Assembly (NCBI GenBank): GCA_973895155.1
Contig: OZ316897.1
Span: forward strand, 12,523,375 to 12,587,374
Reading direction: 5' to 3'
Source of the DNA: Marsupella aquatica
Taxonomy: Eukaryota > Plantae > Marchantiophyta
DNA length: 64,000 nt
Under the pieces are notes generated by a model. The model was not told where the DNA came from and searched no databases. It was given only the letters and a program-made list of their open reading frames with translations. The first letter of the stretch is position 1, and every line of letters starts with the position of its first letter. A program made the position numbers and the translations under genes. Positions 1 through 11,030 of this stretch are shown here, one piece after another.

Positions 1-1485
1 TACAAAGGAAAAATGAGAGGAGCGGGTTATGAAGGGCGAAACACACACACACAAGTCCAAACAACTCTTCACATGGCTGAAAGAAGGAGACTTTATCACC
101 CCCTAAGACAGTTGCTCTGTTTCACAGAATCAATTACAACACTTCATCCATGAGGTCTCTGGTCTTTTGAGTCACATGTCTTTCTTGCATCTCTTACTGA
201 ATATTTTCTGAGAAAAAGAAAAGTTTTTGAGGTTTGAGACCCCCTTAAAGAATTGTGGAGACAGCCCAATAGTTAGACCCTTGGCTTGTGTGGAGGAGGT
301 CTGCTGTTATTCCTGATCATGCAGGTTCCTCAATGTTTCTTTCTTACCATGTTTAACCAAACTAACTGAAAGGAATCTGCTCACATATCCCCAAAACAAA
401 CTAAATATTAGTGGGGGTGAATGGAAACAGTGATAAGTAGATTTCCTAAAACAATTAAAAAGGGGTTCCCAGTAATTCCAAATGGCCAGAATTACAAAGG
501 GAAAACCCTTCTAAAGCATATTAGACAACAGATCATTACTTTTAGAAATCAAACATTATGTGCAGGTCAAGTACCTTTTCCATAAGGGGAACTCATAACA
601 ACTTTCCCAACTTACTGGGGTCGTTAACTAACTCAATTGGGTATTCAGCAAGTAATTTTTTTTAAACTTGTCCATTTAGGCGTCTCAGAACTTGGCAATA
701 GGAGTATAACTCAAGAGTTTATGGGAACTCCCATATAAAGTTGTAGGAACATTCTGCTCCTGTAAGGAAAGGCAGCAGGCTAATACCTAACCAATAAGCC
801 TAACCATATTCTGTTACTTTAGGCTGGAATCCATAAATTCAACAATCCACAAAGCTGAAATTGAAGGCACCAAGAATTCCTGGGCAGCTGGAAAGCAAAC
901 AAATTGTCCGCAGTCATCACCAAATTGGAATTTTGGTAAAAAATAACCTGCCAGAGTTTTGGTTTGAGACCGCTCACACCACTCATCCGCTGGTTAACTA
1001 AACATCCATGATTTTTGAATGGACATGGACTATTCTAGAAGGAGGAAATGATTCTCGAAGGGTGATCACACAATTTATGCGAGCAATTTTGGTGCAGGTA
1101 CCAGTGTGCTGACCGCGCTAGTTGGTGATGGTCGCATTTTGCGACTCAGATGTGATCATGTGGCCCTTTGTGCGCCCGATAGTTTTGGGAAAATGTAGCA
1201 TTTCTATGATCAGACAATCTAACACAAATCTTGGGTATGTATTTCCCAACTACAAGAGAGTTTGTAACAACTATATAGTCATTTTTGTTTTTTCCACAAG
1301 GCAAAGGTTGGGACCTGCAAGGGCCAGAAACTTTCCAGACCTTGTCCTTTAGACACCACAAATTATGCCGTCAGACCTGGTGCATGAGGGCGGACTGCAA
1401 GAGTTTACTTGTTCATTCATAGCCTCACGCGAATCAAGTTAAGGGCCATTTTTTGAAAGACACTTCACATGTGAGTTGGCCCTTA

Positions 1486-1745
1486 GGACTGTCTTGCATG
1501 TGCAAGAGTCCTGAAAACTGCGGCCCTTACCAAGCCACAGATGCCGGGAAAAAGTTAAAACCAAATGTTTTGTTTTATTACATTTTAAAGGTACAGGACC
1601 TCAAGGGCCGAAAATTTTCCGGCCCTTGCCCTTGTATCTCCACAAAAGACTCCATCAGGACTGCCGCCCTCTCGCTGCCTCAACTCATGACACGAGTTCA
1701 TTTTAGGGCCGATTTGCAAAGGACCAAAGACATGCAAGACGGCCC
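1486..1745. mobile_element. PIF/Harbinger (Tourist-like) MITE, 260 bp
   Basis: TIRs GGACTGTCTTGCATG / CATGCAAGACGGCCC (13/15 match), TTA on both flanks (1483-1485, 1746-1748). An inverted homolog lies at 38790-39151. Confidence 0.75.
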
Positions 1746-2948
1746 TTAGTCTACGACCCAGCTAAACCCCGGCCAAACTATTTCAATCACCAGAAACCTT
1801 CAGGGAAGAGTTCATTTGAGACGCCCCGTTAAATTACACAAGTCACTTAAATATTTAATTACACAAGATCTCCTTAGGAAAGCTAGTACGGAACTTTAGT
1901 ACAGTTCAGACCGTACAGTACAATTTGCGACACCTGCCTGATCTTCCCCTGCCCGTTTCGGGTAGCCTGGACCGGTTTAAAGCTACCCCGCCATTGCCCG
2001 GGTAGCTGCCTGGTAGCCTGCCCGGCTCTGCCATCTCTGACGCCCTCTGTTTTTTCTCACGGTTCTCACCCCCAAGTATTTAAACGGCGGCGCATCGCAA
2101 CAGCTAGCGCATGCCCAGAGGAATCTAGCCTACGGGATCCTTATTTTCCGAACTGACCGTGCCCTATTTCTCAGAACTCTTGATGCAAAATAGGCGAAAA
2201 TTTCAAGTCAAAGGTTCCGAACCCGCCAGGTCGCCGGGTCGCCCTGAACCATCTCCCCCTAATAAAACAAAAACTTACCCGACAAAACGAGACGTACCTC
2301 CCCGGTGCCCCGGTGGGAAATTTCAATCCAACGGGCCGGTCTGCAGCATAGAAAGTTTTTTGGGGGACATAAATGCACTGATGCGGAATTCACGGGATGA
2401 ATTGTCCAGAAAGTTGCAAATTGTCATTTCGCTTACGGGCTGCAAGGTCTTCGTGCTTTGCGTTTTTATTGACAAAAGACAATTGTTTTCGAAACCACAA
2501 AAATTGTTGTCTCGCGACCGAGTTTTCTGAGCCCATCACCGTACTGCCAGCTCGATTGACACAAATAAATATTAAGATTGTTGATCTTGTTAGCGAAATT
2601 TTTCGGTATCCAAGACATTTTGAATATTGAGCCCGGATGGACCCACGGGTTTGACCTGTTCATTTCCAGCATTAAGGAAGGTCATTAGTCAGTTTATTAA
2701 ATTGAAATTTGATTACTTTTCCAAGGGCTATTTACTTTTAATTTCTCGAGTAATTTTCCCAAACTTGCGTATTTATTTGAAAATGAATCTTTATTTAATC
2801 TACATACATCATATCCCCTCAGCCCATTTGGGCTTTACTTTCAGACATTTTTGTCATGCAAGTTACAAGAAAAATTTGAGCATCTTCTCTAAAATTAGAA
2901 TTCAAGAATATAGACATGAGAATAATAGTCTCGCCTTGCCTTACATCC

Positions 2949-3090
2949 ATGCATTAGTGCATGACCCCGTAATTATGCATGCCTTAATGCTTGTAAGAAG
3001 CTCATTTAGTTAAATGACAATGCATTAGTGCATGACCCCGTAATTATGCATGCCTTAATGCTTGTAAGAAGCTCATTTAGTTAAATGACA
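2949..3090. repeat. Exact 71-bp tandem duplication
   Basis: ATGCATTAGTGCATGACCCC...TTAAATGACA occurs at 2949-3019 and 3020-3090. Confidence 0.9.
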
Positions 3091-3606
3091 TTTTTTCGCA
3101 AAGCAAACCTGGTGATCTGGGTTACAAAAATTTAAGTAATAAGACATAGTAAAAAATGCATACATTATTTTTTCCTGCAAATCAAAAGTGAAATCAGAGG
3201 TAAAACTTATTCACTTTTTTGTAATGGTGGGTAGATGGACAAAAAACATTTTAATTTTTGGAGTGATAGGGTATTATGGTGTTTGATGAAGATGTCCCCA
3301 TCAGAAACGGACTCTTGATTTGTTGGGTTCATTAGAAAGGCAAAGAAACAGGCTAAGTCCACTCGGGATACAAAAGTCCATTCGAGCATTTCCGCAAAAG
3401 TGGAGATTTATGCTGCCTTCAAGCTTATATTTTGGTGACTCGAATTTTGAATATATTCCATGCATCCAATTGTAAACACTGACTTGTCCGTGTACAAAGT
3501 TTTTTCAAAATTAAATTAAAAACCAGAGAATAGTCATCTAGCCTTGTCGTACCTCTACTTCCCAAATAACGAACTGTTAATGTTGAGCGCAGATCCTCTC
3601 TAGTCT

Positions 3607-3867
3607 CTACCCGAACCGGAATAGCATTACATTCGATACTTGGCTCGGCGGGCTGGGAGACAAAATTAAATAACGGGCTGCGAGACAAAACTAAATTAAA
3701 AAAGACAGGAGAATGATAGAGTGATAGTGTGCCATTTGAATTCTCCTGAAATAACAAGTAATTAATGTTTAGCGCGTGAAATAACAACTAATTAATGTGT
3801 AGCACAGGTCCTCCTACCCCGAACCGGAATAGCTTTACATTCGGTACTTGGCTCGGCGGGCTGGGAG
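3607..3867. repeat. ~53-bp direct repeat pair
   Basis: CTACCCGAACCGGAATAGC..TACTTGGCTCGGCGGGCTGGGAG at ~3607-3659 and ~3814-3867. Confidence 0.75.
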
Positions 3868-6800
3868 CCTGGGAGTCGGGAGGCAGGGCAGCAGCACCCG
3901 ACCGCTCCGTATCGTGGAAAGAATTTCGTCTCCCTGCCCTCTGCCCGCCCGCCAGCCAGCTGCTCCTACTCTACGTCAGGACCGGTAAACATATGTGCCG
4001 GAGAACGCGCCGCGCAGGCGGCGGGCTGTCGCGCGACTGCAACTGCGACGGCAGACCGCATTTGGAAACATCCAGTACGAAACGGAGGTGAGGACTGTAC
4101 CACGGTCAGAGAAGGGCGGAGCTTTGGCTTCTTCCGTGCCCAGAAAAGAAACTGAAAAAGCGCACCACCGAACTGAGCGAATGGCAATTGATGGGGAAAT
4201 AGGCGGAATTGATTAAAAAACCCTCGGCACCAGAAAGTGCGAAGGGAAAAACGGCGCTCCGATCGATTCGAGCTCTGTCAGATCAGCTCAGTGCTGAGCT
4301 AGTGAGCTCGCTCGCTCGCTCCCTCTGTGAATGAATGGACCCCACTCTCACTCACAACTTTTCGTTGATGGGCTTCAGTAAGTTGCTTAGTTGCTGTTGC
4401 AGTATATATATAAACATGAACGGTACAATTTGCACAAAGATAGTATTTCTCGGATGGGGTGGAGACAGCGGCGAGTGATCCAGAGACACATTAATTGGAA
4501 GGGGAGGCGAGTAATAAAGCCTCATGAGTGAGCTCAGCTGGAGCTATGGACTTATGGAGGGAACGAAGGAGCAAGGAATTCGCTGCAAGTGCAGGAGCAA
4601 GAGGCTAGGGTTGTGTTTTGGGTGGCGATGGTGGGTGGGACTACACTAGCCGGCGGCCCAGCTAACGGGACGAGTCCACCATCCATGAAAAGCACAGCAG
4701 CAGCATGGAGTGTGGCGGACTGGCTGGCTGGCCGTGACCAGTGGTAGGCACAGACACAGATATATCGCACCTCCAGGACATGCCGAATGAATGCTGGCTG
4801 GCTGGCGGGAATGCTGGCGAGCGAGCAAGCGAGCGAGCGAGGGAGCTTTTCAGCCTTTTCTAGCTCGCTCTGGCCGTGCTGCAGACTCGAATGGTGGGCT
4901 GAGTCACAAGTTCAATGCGGCAGCAACAGCAGCAGCTACGGCAGCGAGGTTATTGTTACCCTCGACCTCGAGACTCGTGCAGCTAGGTTTCCTTCACTGT
5001 CGGCATGGGTGCTGTACAGTAGCTAGGAGCTCTCTCGCCTGGGCCTCCTCCTACCTAGGCCTTCTAGAGACCAGGACTCTGCATCACAGGTCTCTCCACT
5101 TTTATTTGTATTTTTAGCCGCAATTAACCTTCCGGAGTTACAGCGAAGGACCCCTCTTCTCACTACCAAGGAAAACTGCCACGAGCAACTTTTCGGTGAA
5201 AGGAGTCGTCAAGAAGGTCGTCATGCGGATCACACATCAAACTCCTCGGACTCTTGCCCTTTCATTCAATATGACACCAGCCCTCTCTGTCATCGAACAC
5301 GCAGCCAGCACTCCTCCCGTTGTTACAACATAAGCAGACACCAAAGGTGTGAAGGCCCCCACTTCGCACACGTCTTCATGACAAGAATACCAAGGAGAAT
5401 TGCTACGAACACCTTTCGGTGAAGAGAGTCGGCAAGAAGGTCATTATGGGTCATACAAAAACTCCTACCCTTTGACACCGGCCCTGTCTATCACGACCGC
5501 AGCAGCCAGCACTGCTCGCATTGTTAAGACATATAACTGACACCACAGATATGAAAAACAAATTCCCGAATTCCTTATCGAAAGTATGTGCAGGCCGCCC
5601 ATACTTGCCCCAAGCTTTCGTTGTGGCATAAAACAAAACATCCAGAGTAGTGGGGTTCAATAGATACCGCTTCCGGCACCAAATTTCTTTAAGCATGGTG
5701 CATACACGTAGAATGCCTCTGGATATCCAGGACCTTTTGTTTTCGCACCGGAAAAGCTAGAATCCTAACTGTTCTGAGTGTTTAAGAGATGGTGCTACGA
5801 AAACAATAACAGGTCAAGAGTCCACGATTATGGTGCGTAAGAAAACGTTCCGGGTGGATGATGCAACGCACGAAGTAGGAATTAGATTCGAGGTATTCTA
5901 TCAAGGTTCTATCGATTACATCTGGATGCATCCTCCTTGGACCTGCTTGGATTCTAAAACCTCAATGATACACACTGAGTACGCTTCATCGTAGCAAGCC
6001 AACTTTCAGAAGAATAGTACTGCTACGATGCTGATTACTTCCTCCAAATCACCATAGCAGATTTCCGCTGCCCACTCGGGAAAGATAATACGCGGTTCTG
6101 AATGGTGGGCCCGTTCCAAGACAAATTTCAAATGCTGACAGTTCAAATGCTGTTAAACCAGAAAGTGCGATTAAGATAACAGCATTTGGTGGTATGGTCC
6201 ATTTGTGCAATGTTCATATCAGTTCCACGATATGTCGGGTACTGTTACTGCGTTCGGATTGTAAACTTGTCGTACGCTATTGTGTATACTCACATTCCGA
6301 ATAACGAGAGTCCGCTCGGTACATTTTGCCGGACAATCTCCAGAGATATGACGTACGATACTGCAACAGTTACTCACGCGATAGCTGAAGCACACAGTTC
6401 TGGATTTGCAAATGCCAACGCTCGGATGCTCGGCATACTCACAATTCAAACGACACTCAGCTCTGGTTCTCTCCCACTCGTTCACCAAGTAGCAACGAAC
6501 TTCCAACTGCACTTCACAGATATGACCAGATCAGATTTAATTCCTCCAGTAACCTCGGACACTCTTAGATTATTCAACTCCTCTAAATTGTAGTCCTCTA
6601 AATGATTGGCGACGTCTCTGAGTAGTTGATTCAGTATTCAACTGAGTGGACAGACGTCGGATCAATGATCTCACTAAGTTCAAATAGTGGACGGAAAGCG
6701 GTCAGAACAATGATCTCACTAAGCAAGGAACAAATTCGAAGTACATCGATAGAGTGCGCACACAAGGTATCTGACTAAAATATTACTCCGCTAGTTTGCA

Positions 6801-7332
6801 AACATCGAGGACGAAGCTGCAGAGTCGGAAGATTCGTGGTTACGCGAGACACGTTTCTATGGTCCGGTCAATGAGCAGAAATTATGATTGAATAAATCAT
6901 TTACAAAATTTGGCAAGCTTAGGCTGTATCAAACTGGTACTTAACGAATAAGAATTGAACCTGCCTCCTGCCATCAACATCTAGACTTCACTATTACCCC
7001 ACTGACGGGATATTCAAAAATGTGTATGCTCAGATTCCTAACCTACAAAATTGTTAACACTCTTCTGGAGTGCCTATCATATTGTACATGGCCAACGTCT
7101 GGTCGTAACCGGGTGGCTGCACTGCTATTGTTTACTTCAGCAGAACCAAAAATAGGTACCCTGAGATTCATCTCAGATACATGACGGGCTCGCGATAAAC
7201 TGTCGCGATACTCAGCTTACACGCCTACAAGTGGACTGTTACAACTAGGTTCCTTCGAGAGCAGCAGCTGGATTGGTTATTCAGGTTCTTCAAGCTGCAT
7301 TAGCTGAAAGGAAATAGCTTCAGTATCCGCAA

Positions 7333-9064
7333 CTATACGGCAACTCTTCTGCTTGGCAGTACTGTCAACGGGTGAACCATCTCGGATGATAACTTCAAAG
7401 TTTCGATGAGATTCACAGGGTGTGAGTCGTCGGCAATCCACTCGAATTCGTACACTAGTCGCGCAACCCACAATTGAACAGTTGCCATTCCGAGTGCCCG
7501 CCCAGGACAAACTCTCCTTCCTGCTCCGAATGGTGCTAGTCTCGTATCACTTCCCTTCACGTCGAAGTCTTCGCCTCCTTCGCTCGCGACAAACCGCTGT
7601 GGCAGAAATTCTAGAGGCCTTTCCCAGACTGAGGCATCATGAGTAATGGCGTGCATGTTCACCATAGCGGTTGTCCCCTTGGGAACGTGATATCCAGCAA
7701 CACAAACATCCTGAGTGCTCAACCGAGCCCACGAGAGGAGTGGGCCTGGAGGGTGGAGTCGCAGTGTTTCCTTAATAACGGCCTGTAGGTAAGGAAGGCC
7801 TGCGATTCGTGCATCGGAAATTCCACAACCTCCGCTAACAACCCCCTCCACTTCAGACCTGACTTTCCTTTGGATGTCTGGGTTAAGTACAAGCTCCGCC
7901 AACACCCACTCCGTCAAAATGGCCGTAGTGTCAGTCCCTCGGAAAATCATCTCCTGCAAGATCAAAAGTCAGCATTAGGGCCGAAGCTGAAAACAATGAA
8001 AGATGGGGCCAGTGATGCATCGGAAACAAATTTTGAGGGCAATCGATAGAGAGGTAACGTACCCAAAGGACGGAAATCATATCCGAATCTGACAGTTTCT
8101 CCTCTCCTTCCATTCCAAGCAATACATCCACAAAATCCTTGGCAGCGTTTTCGTCAGGAGAGGAGGCGTTCCTCTCCCGATGCTCGTCAATTATATTCTG
8201 AACGTATGCAACCACCTTCGGAACCAGCTCCGCGCATCTTCCGTGAATGTTTTGGGGGTCCAATCCTTGAAGAATGGGCAAGTGATCAGCCCAGTTGAAG
8301 GCTCCGAGCACCTCAAACCCCTCTCTAACCATCGCCAGCAATTCGGCAGCTTCCTCACTGACGCCAAAATCATACCTCCTACCGAAGACGCATCCCATGA
8401 TGTTGTTCAGTGCCGCATGTTGCAAGAACGGACGAACAACAACGCTTCCATCCACGTCAGAGATGGAATTGACCATCCGTGAGCACTCATCCTGCCGAGC
8501 CGCCTCATTCCCAGCAATGCGCTTTGGCGAGAAAAGGAAATTCGCAGCAATCCTTCGGAGGATTCTCCAGTACTCTCCCTGAGGAGCAAAACCGATTGCG
8601 CGAGAGAAAAGAAGCTGCTGAGCAGACTGCTTGATGGGACGGTCAGAAAATGCGGAGCTATGAAGGATCTCCCGGGCAGTCGCCGGAGTGCTTGCAACGA
8701 CATATCTAGTACTACCCATGGTGAGTGCCATCAAGGGACGCGCGCAATGCTGCTCGGCCAACTCAGCCAGCCTGCGGTGAGCTTGCTCACCCATAGACAT
8801 CAAACTTCCTAAGATAGGAAGCCCTCTCGGACCAGGAATCGGCTTCTTTCCTCTGAACAGTGCCCATGCGGATCCTCCCGACCCAGCCCAGAAGAGCAAT
8901 GTCATCAACGCACTGACCACACCCAATGCCAAGTAGATCATGCAACCACCAAGCATAGACTCGTCATTCTCTGCGAGCGTCGACCTGCCCTGCTTTGCCA
9001 TCATGGGGACGGCGAATAGCCAAAACCCTCCCACCCCACCGCTCATGGCTTCTACAATGTCCAT
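7333..9064 (-). CDS. CYP78A: Cytochrome P450 CYP78 family (KLU/PLA1-like), 540 aa; exons 9064-8063 and 7953-7333, 109-nt phase-0 intron
   Basis: N-terminal TM helix, PIPGPRGLP hinge, SRAIGFAP, I-helix [10 protein letters not shown] (CYP78 signature) restored by splicing TGG|GTACGT...TTGCAG|GAG, K-helix ETLR, heme motif [11 protein letters not shown], start context GCCATGG. The subfamily letter is not certain. Confidence 0.95.
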
Positions 9065-9211
9065 GGCTGAGAGGAATCACAAAATTCCAGCTCAGAACGA
9101 AGACTACAGGAGACTTTGTTCAGTCACCCGAACGCACCAATCCTATCCCTCACTCGCAAACCACTGATTCGCTCGCCGATTTTCTTAGAATTTGAAGGAG
9201 CTCGGTGCGCT

Positions 9212-9220
9212 TCACCTCAT
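9212..9220 (-). promoter_or_regulatory. Minimal uORF (ATG AGG TGA) in the predicted CYP78 5' leader
   Basis: The minus strand reads ATGAGGTGA between the TATA-like box and the main ATG. Confidence 0.4.
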
Positions 9221-9281
9221 GCACTCACTGAACTCCGCAAGCTACAAAAACAGGAATACAGATCAGCAGGAGCTCTAAATC

Positions 9282-9288
9282 TTATATA
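9282..9288 (-). promoter_or_regulatory. Putative TATA box of CYP78
   Basis: TATATAA on the minus strand about 220 nt upstream of the ATG. Confidence 0.5.
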
Positions 9289-9866
9289 CTTGAACGGTAG
9301 TTTCAGCTGAAACCTTCGAGACACCGAATTCGAAGCCTGCCAGGAACGAAGGAGAAACGTCCAGAAGCGCTCCAGGAGCGGCGTCCGACCACCGATTGGA
9401 AGCGGAATGAAAGTGTGAGATGCCAAAAGACCGAACGAGAGTAAATAGGGAAAATCTGGGGGCGCAAAAGAAGTGGAGAAGGGCGCGTGATTGCCCACTC
9501 TCACGTGGGAGCCGCCACTCTTGTCAGCCGCTACCGGAACTCTGGCTGCACAGCACAGCGCAGAGGTTTTTCTCATGACGATCGGTGAGTGGGATTTTCA
9601 TTCAAGTGGGGGGGGCTGCTGCGCTGCTGCGGCTGGAAGGTCGCTCGTACAGATTTTAACGGAGGAGCCGGACCTGCTGCCAAATTGCCAAAAGCATGCC
9701 AGGCCAGACCGGTTCCCTGATTGCCGTGCCGAGGTGCCTCCCAACGCGCACACATATCAAGAACCCATTTACTAGATAACAGAACCACACAACCAAAACC
9801 CCAGCATTACCTCTCAAGTCTCAACCATTCTGCCACACACCGCCTCACGTAGTACAACAAAATCAT

Positions 9867-10540
9867 GCCAAGCAAGCAGCTCGGCCTGTCATCATTTGGC
9901 ACCCTCGCCAGTTTGACAATCAGCGCCCCTCAGAAATCAGAATAGAGCCCGAACCCACCTAGGTTTTAAGGGTTTTTGGGAGTCGGGCATCTCATATATA
10001 ATTATAAATGGGCCTAGTTTTTTAAGGATTTTTTGGAGTGAAATACTAGGGCATCTCATATATAACAAAAATGTGCCTAGTTTTTAAGGGTTTTTGGAGT
10101 GATATACTATGGCATCTCATATATAACAAAAATGGGCCTAGTTTTTAAGTGCCAAGCAAGCAGCTCGGCCTGTCATCATTTGGCACCCTCGCCAGTTTGA
10201 CAATCAGCGCCCCTCAGAAATCAGAATAGAGCCCGAACCCACCTAGGTTTTAAGGGTTTTGGGGAGTCGGGCATCTCATATATAATTATAAATGGGCCTA
10301 GTTTTCTAAGGATTTTTTGGAGTGAAATACTAGGGCATCTCATATATAACAAAAATGTGCCTAGTTTTTAAGGGTTTTTGGGGGTAGGGCATCTCATATA
10401 TAACAAAAATGGGCCTAGTTTTTAAGGGTTTTTGGAGTGAAATACTATGGCATCTCATATATAACAAAAATGGGCCTAGTTTTTAAGGGTTTTGGGGAGT
10501 GATATAGTAGGACATCTCATATGTAACAAAAATGGGCACC
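9867..10540. repeat. Compound minisatellite: eight 54-63-bp units plus a 284-bp higher-order duplication
   Basis: Unit CCTAGTTTTTAAGGGTTTTTGGAGTGA.ATACTAGGGCATCTCATATATAACAAAAATGGG. The block starting GCCAAGCAAGCAGCTCGG occurs at 9867 and 10151. Confidence 0.9.
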
Positions 10541-10804
10541 TCAGGGGAGGTGAGCAAGGCACACCTGAGCATCGCAACAGGGTACAGCCAAGCTATTATT
10601 TTTTATTATTATCAATAGGGTACTGAAAAGTGAGTGGGGTTGCGGCACAATGTATGCTATTGTGTTTACTGAATATTCAGGACCCCTTACAGTTCCGGGA
10701 GTGACTGATCGGGCCTCACAATCAGTGCCCGACCAGACATAACCATTGAATATCCCAAACCACAGCAGTCAAAGCAGAAAAAGGGCCATATTTGAGACGC
10801 ATTA
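10508..10804. mobile_element. TIR MITE (family B), degenerate copy
   Basis: Ends TAGGACATCTCATAT / ATATTTGAGACGCATTA. The interior aligns with 35952-36275, including the GTCGGGC..ACAATC..GTGCCCGACCAG hairpin. Confidence 0.6.
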
Positions 10805-11030
10805 CTAGAAGCTTCAAATATGATGGACCTTAACTTGATTGGCAGAAAAAGTTATGGAATACTAAATTCACAATCCATAACCCTTTGCCATAAATATTGG
10901 TCATATTGCATCAAAGTAAATCACTATAGAGGCTAGTGAGATCAAAAATAAAAAAGAAATTTGCATAACCCTGTGAAAAAGTTGTGGCCAAAAGTTATCA
11001 TCCACAACTTTAAAGCTTTGAGACGCCCTC
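10805..11030. mobile_element. TIR MITE (family A), partial copy
   Basis: The interior (GATGGACCTTAACT...CCATAACCCTTTGCCATAA...AGAGGCTAGTGA...TGTGAAAAAGTT) matches the other family A copies. Right end TTTGAGACGCCCT. Confidence 0.6.

Noticed and set aside
3960-6700. GC-rich island and ORFs of 72-135 aa as a gene or MIRNA locus
   Set aside because: No recognisable domain or exon chain, and I saw no conserved mature miRNA sequence. It is probably regulatory or intergenic.
8180-9195. Plus-strand and alternative-frame ORFs over CYP78
   Set aside because: Shadow ORFs of a GC-rich coding sequence.
9958-10540. CRISPR-like array
   Set aside because: The units are contiguous degenerate tandem repeats with no unique spacers, there are no cas genes, and the context is eukaryotic.
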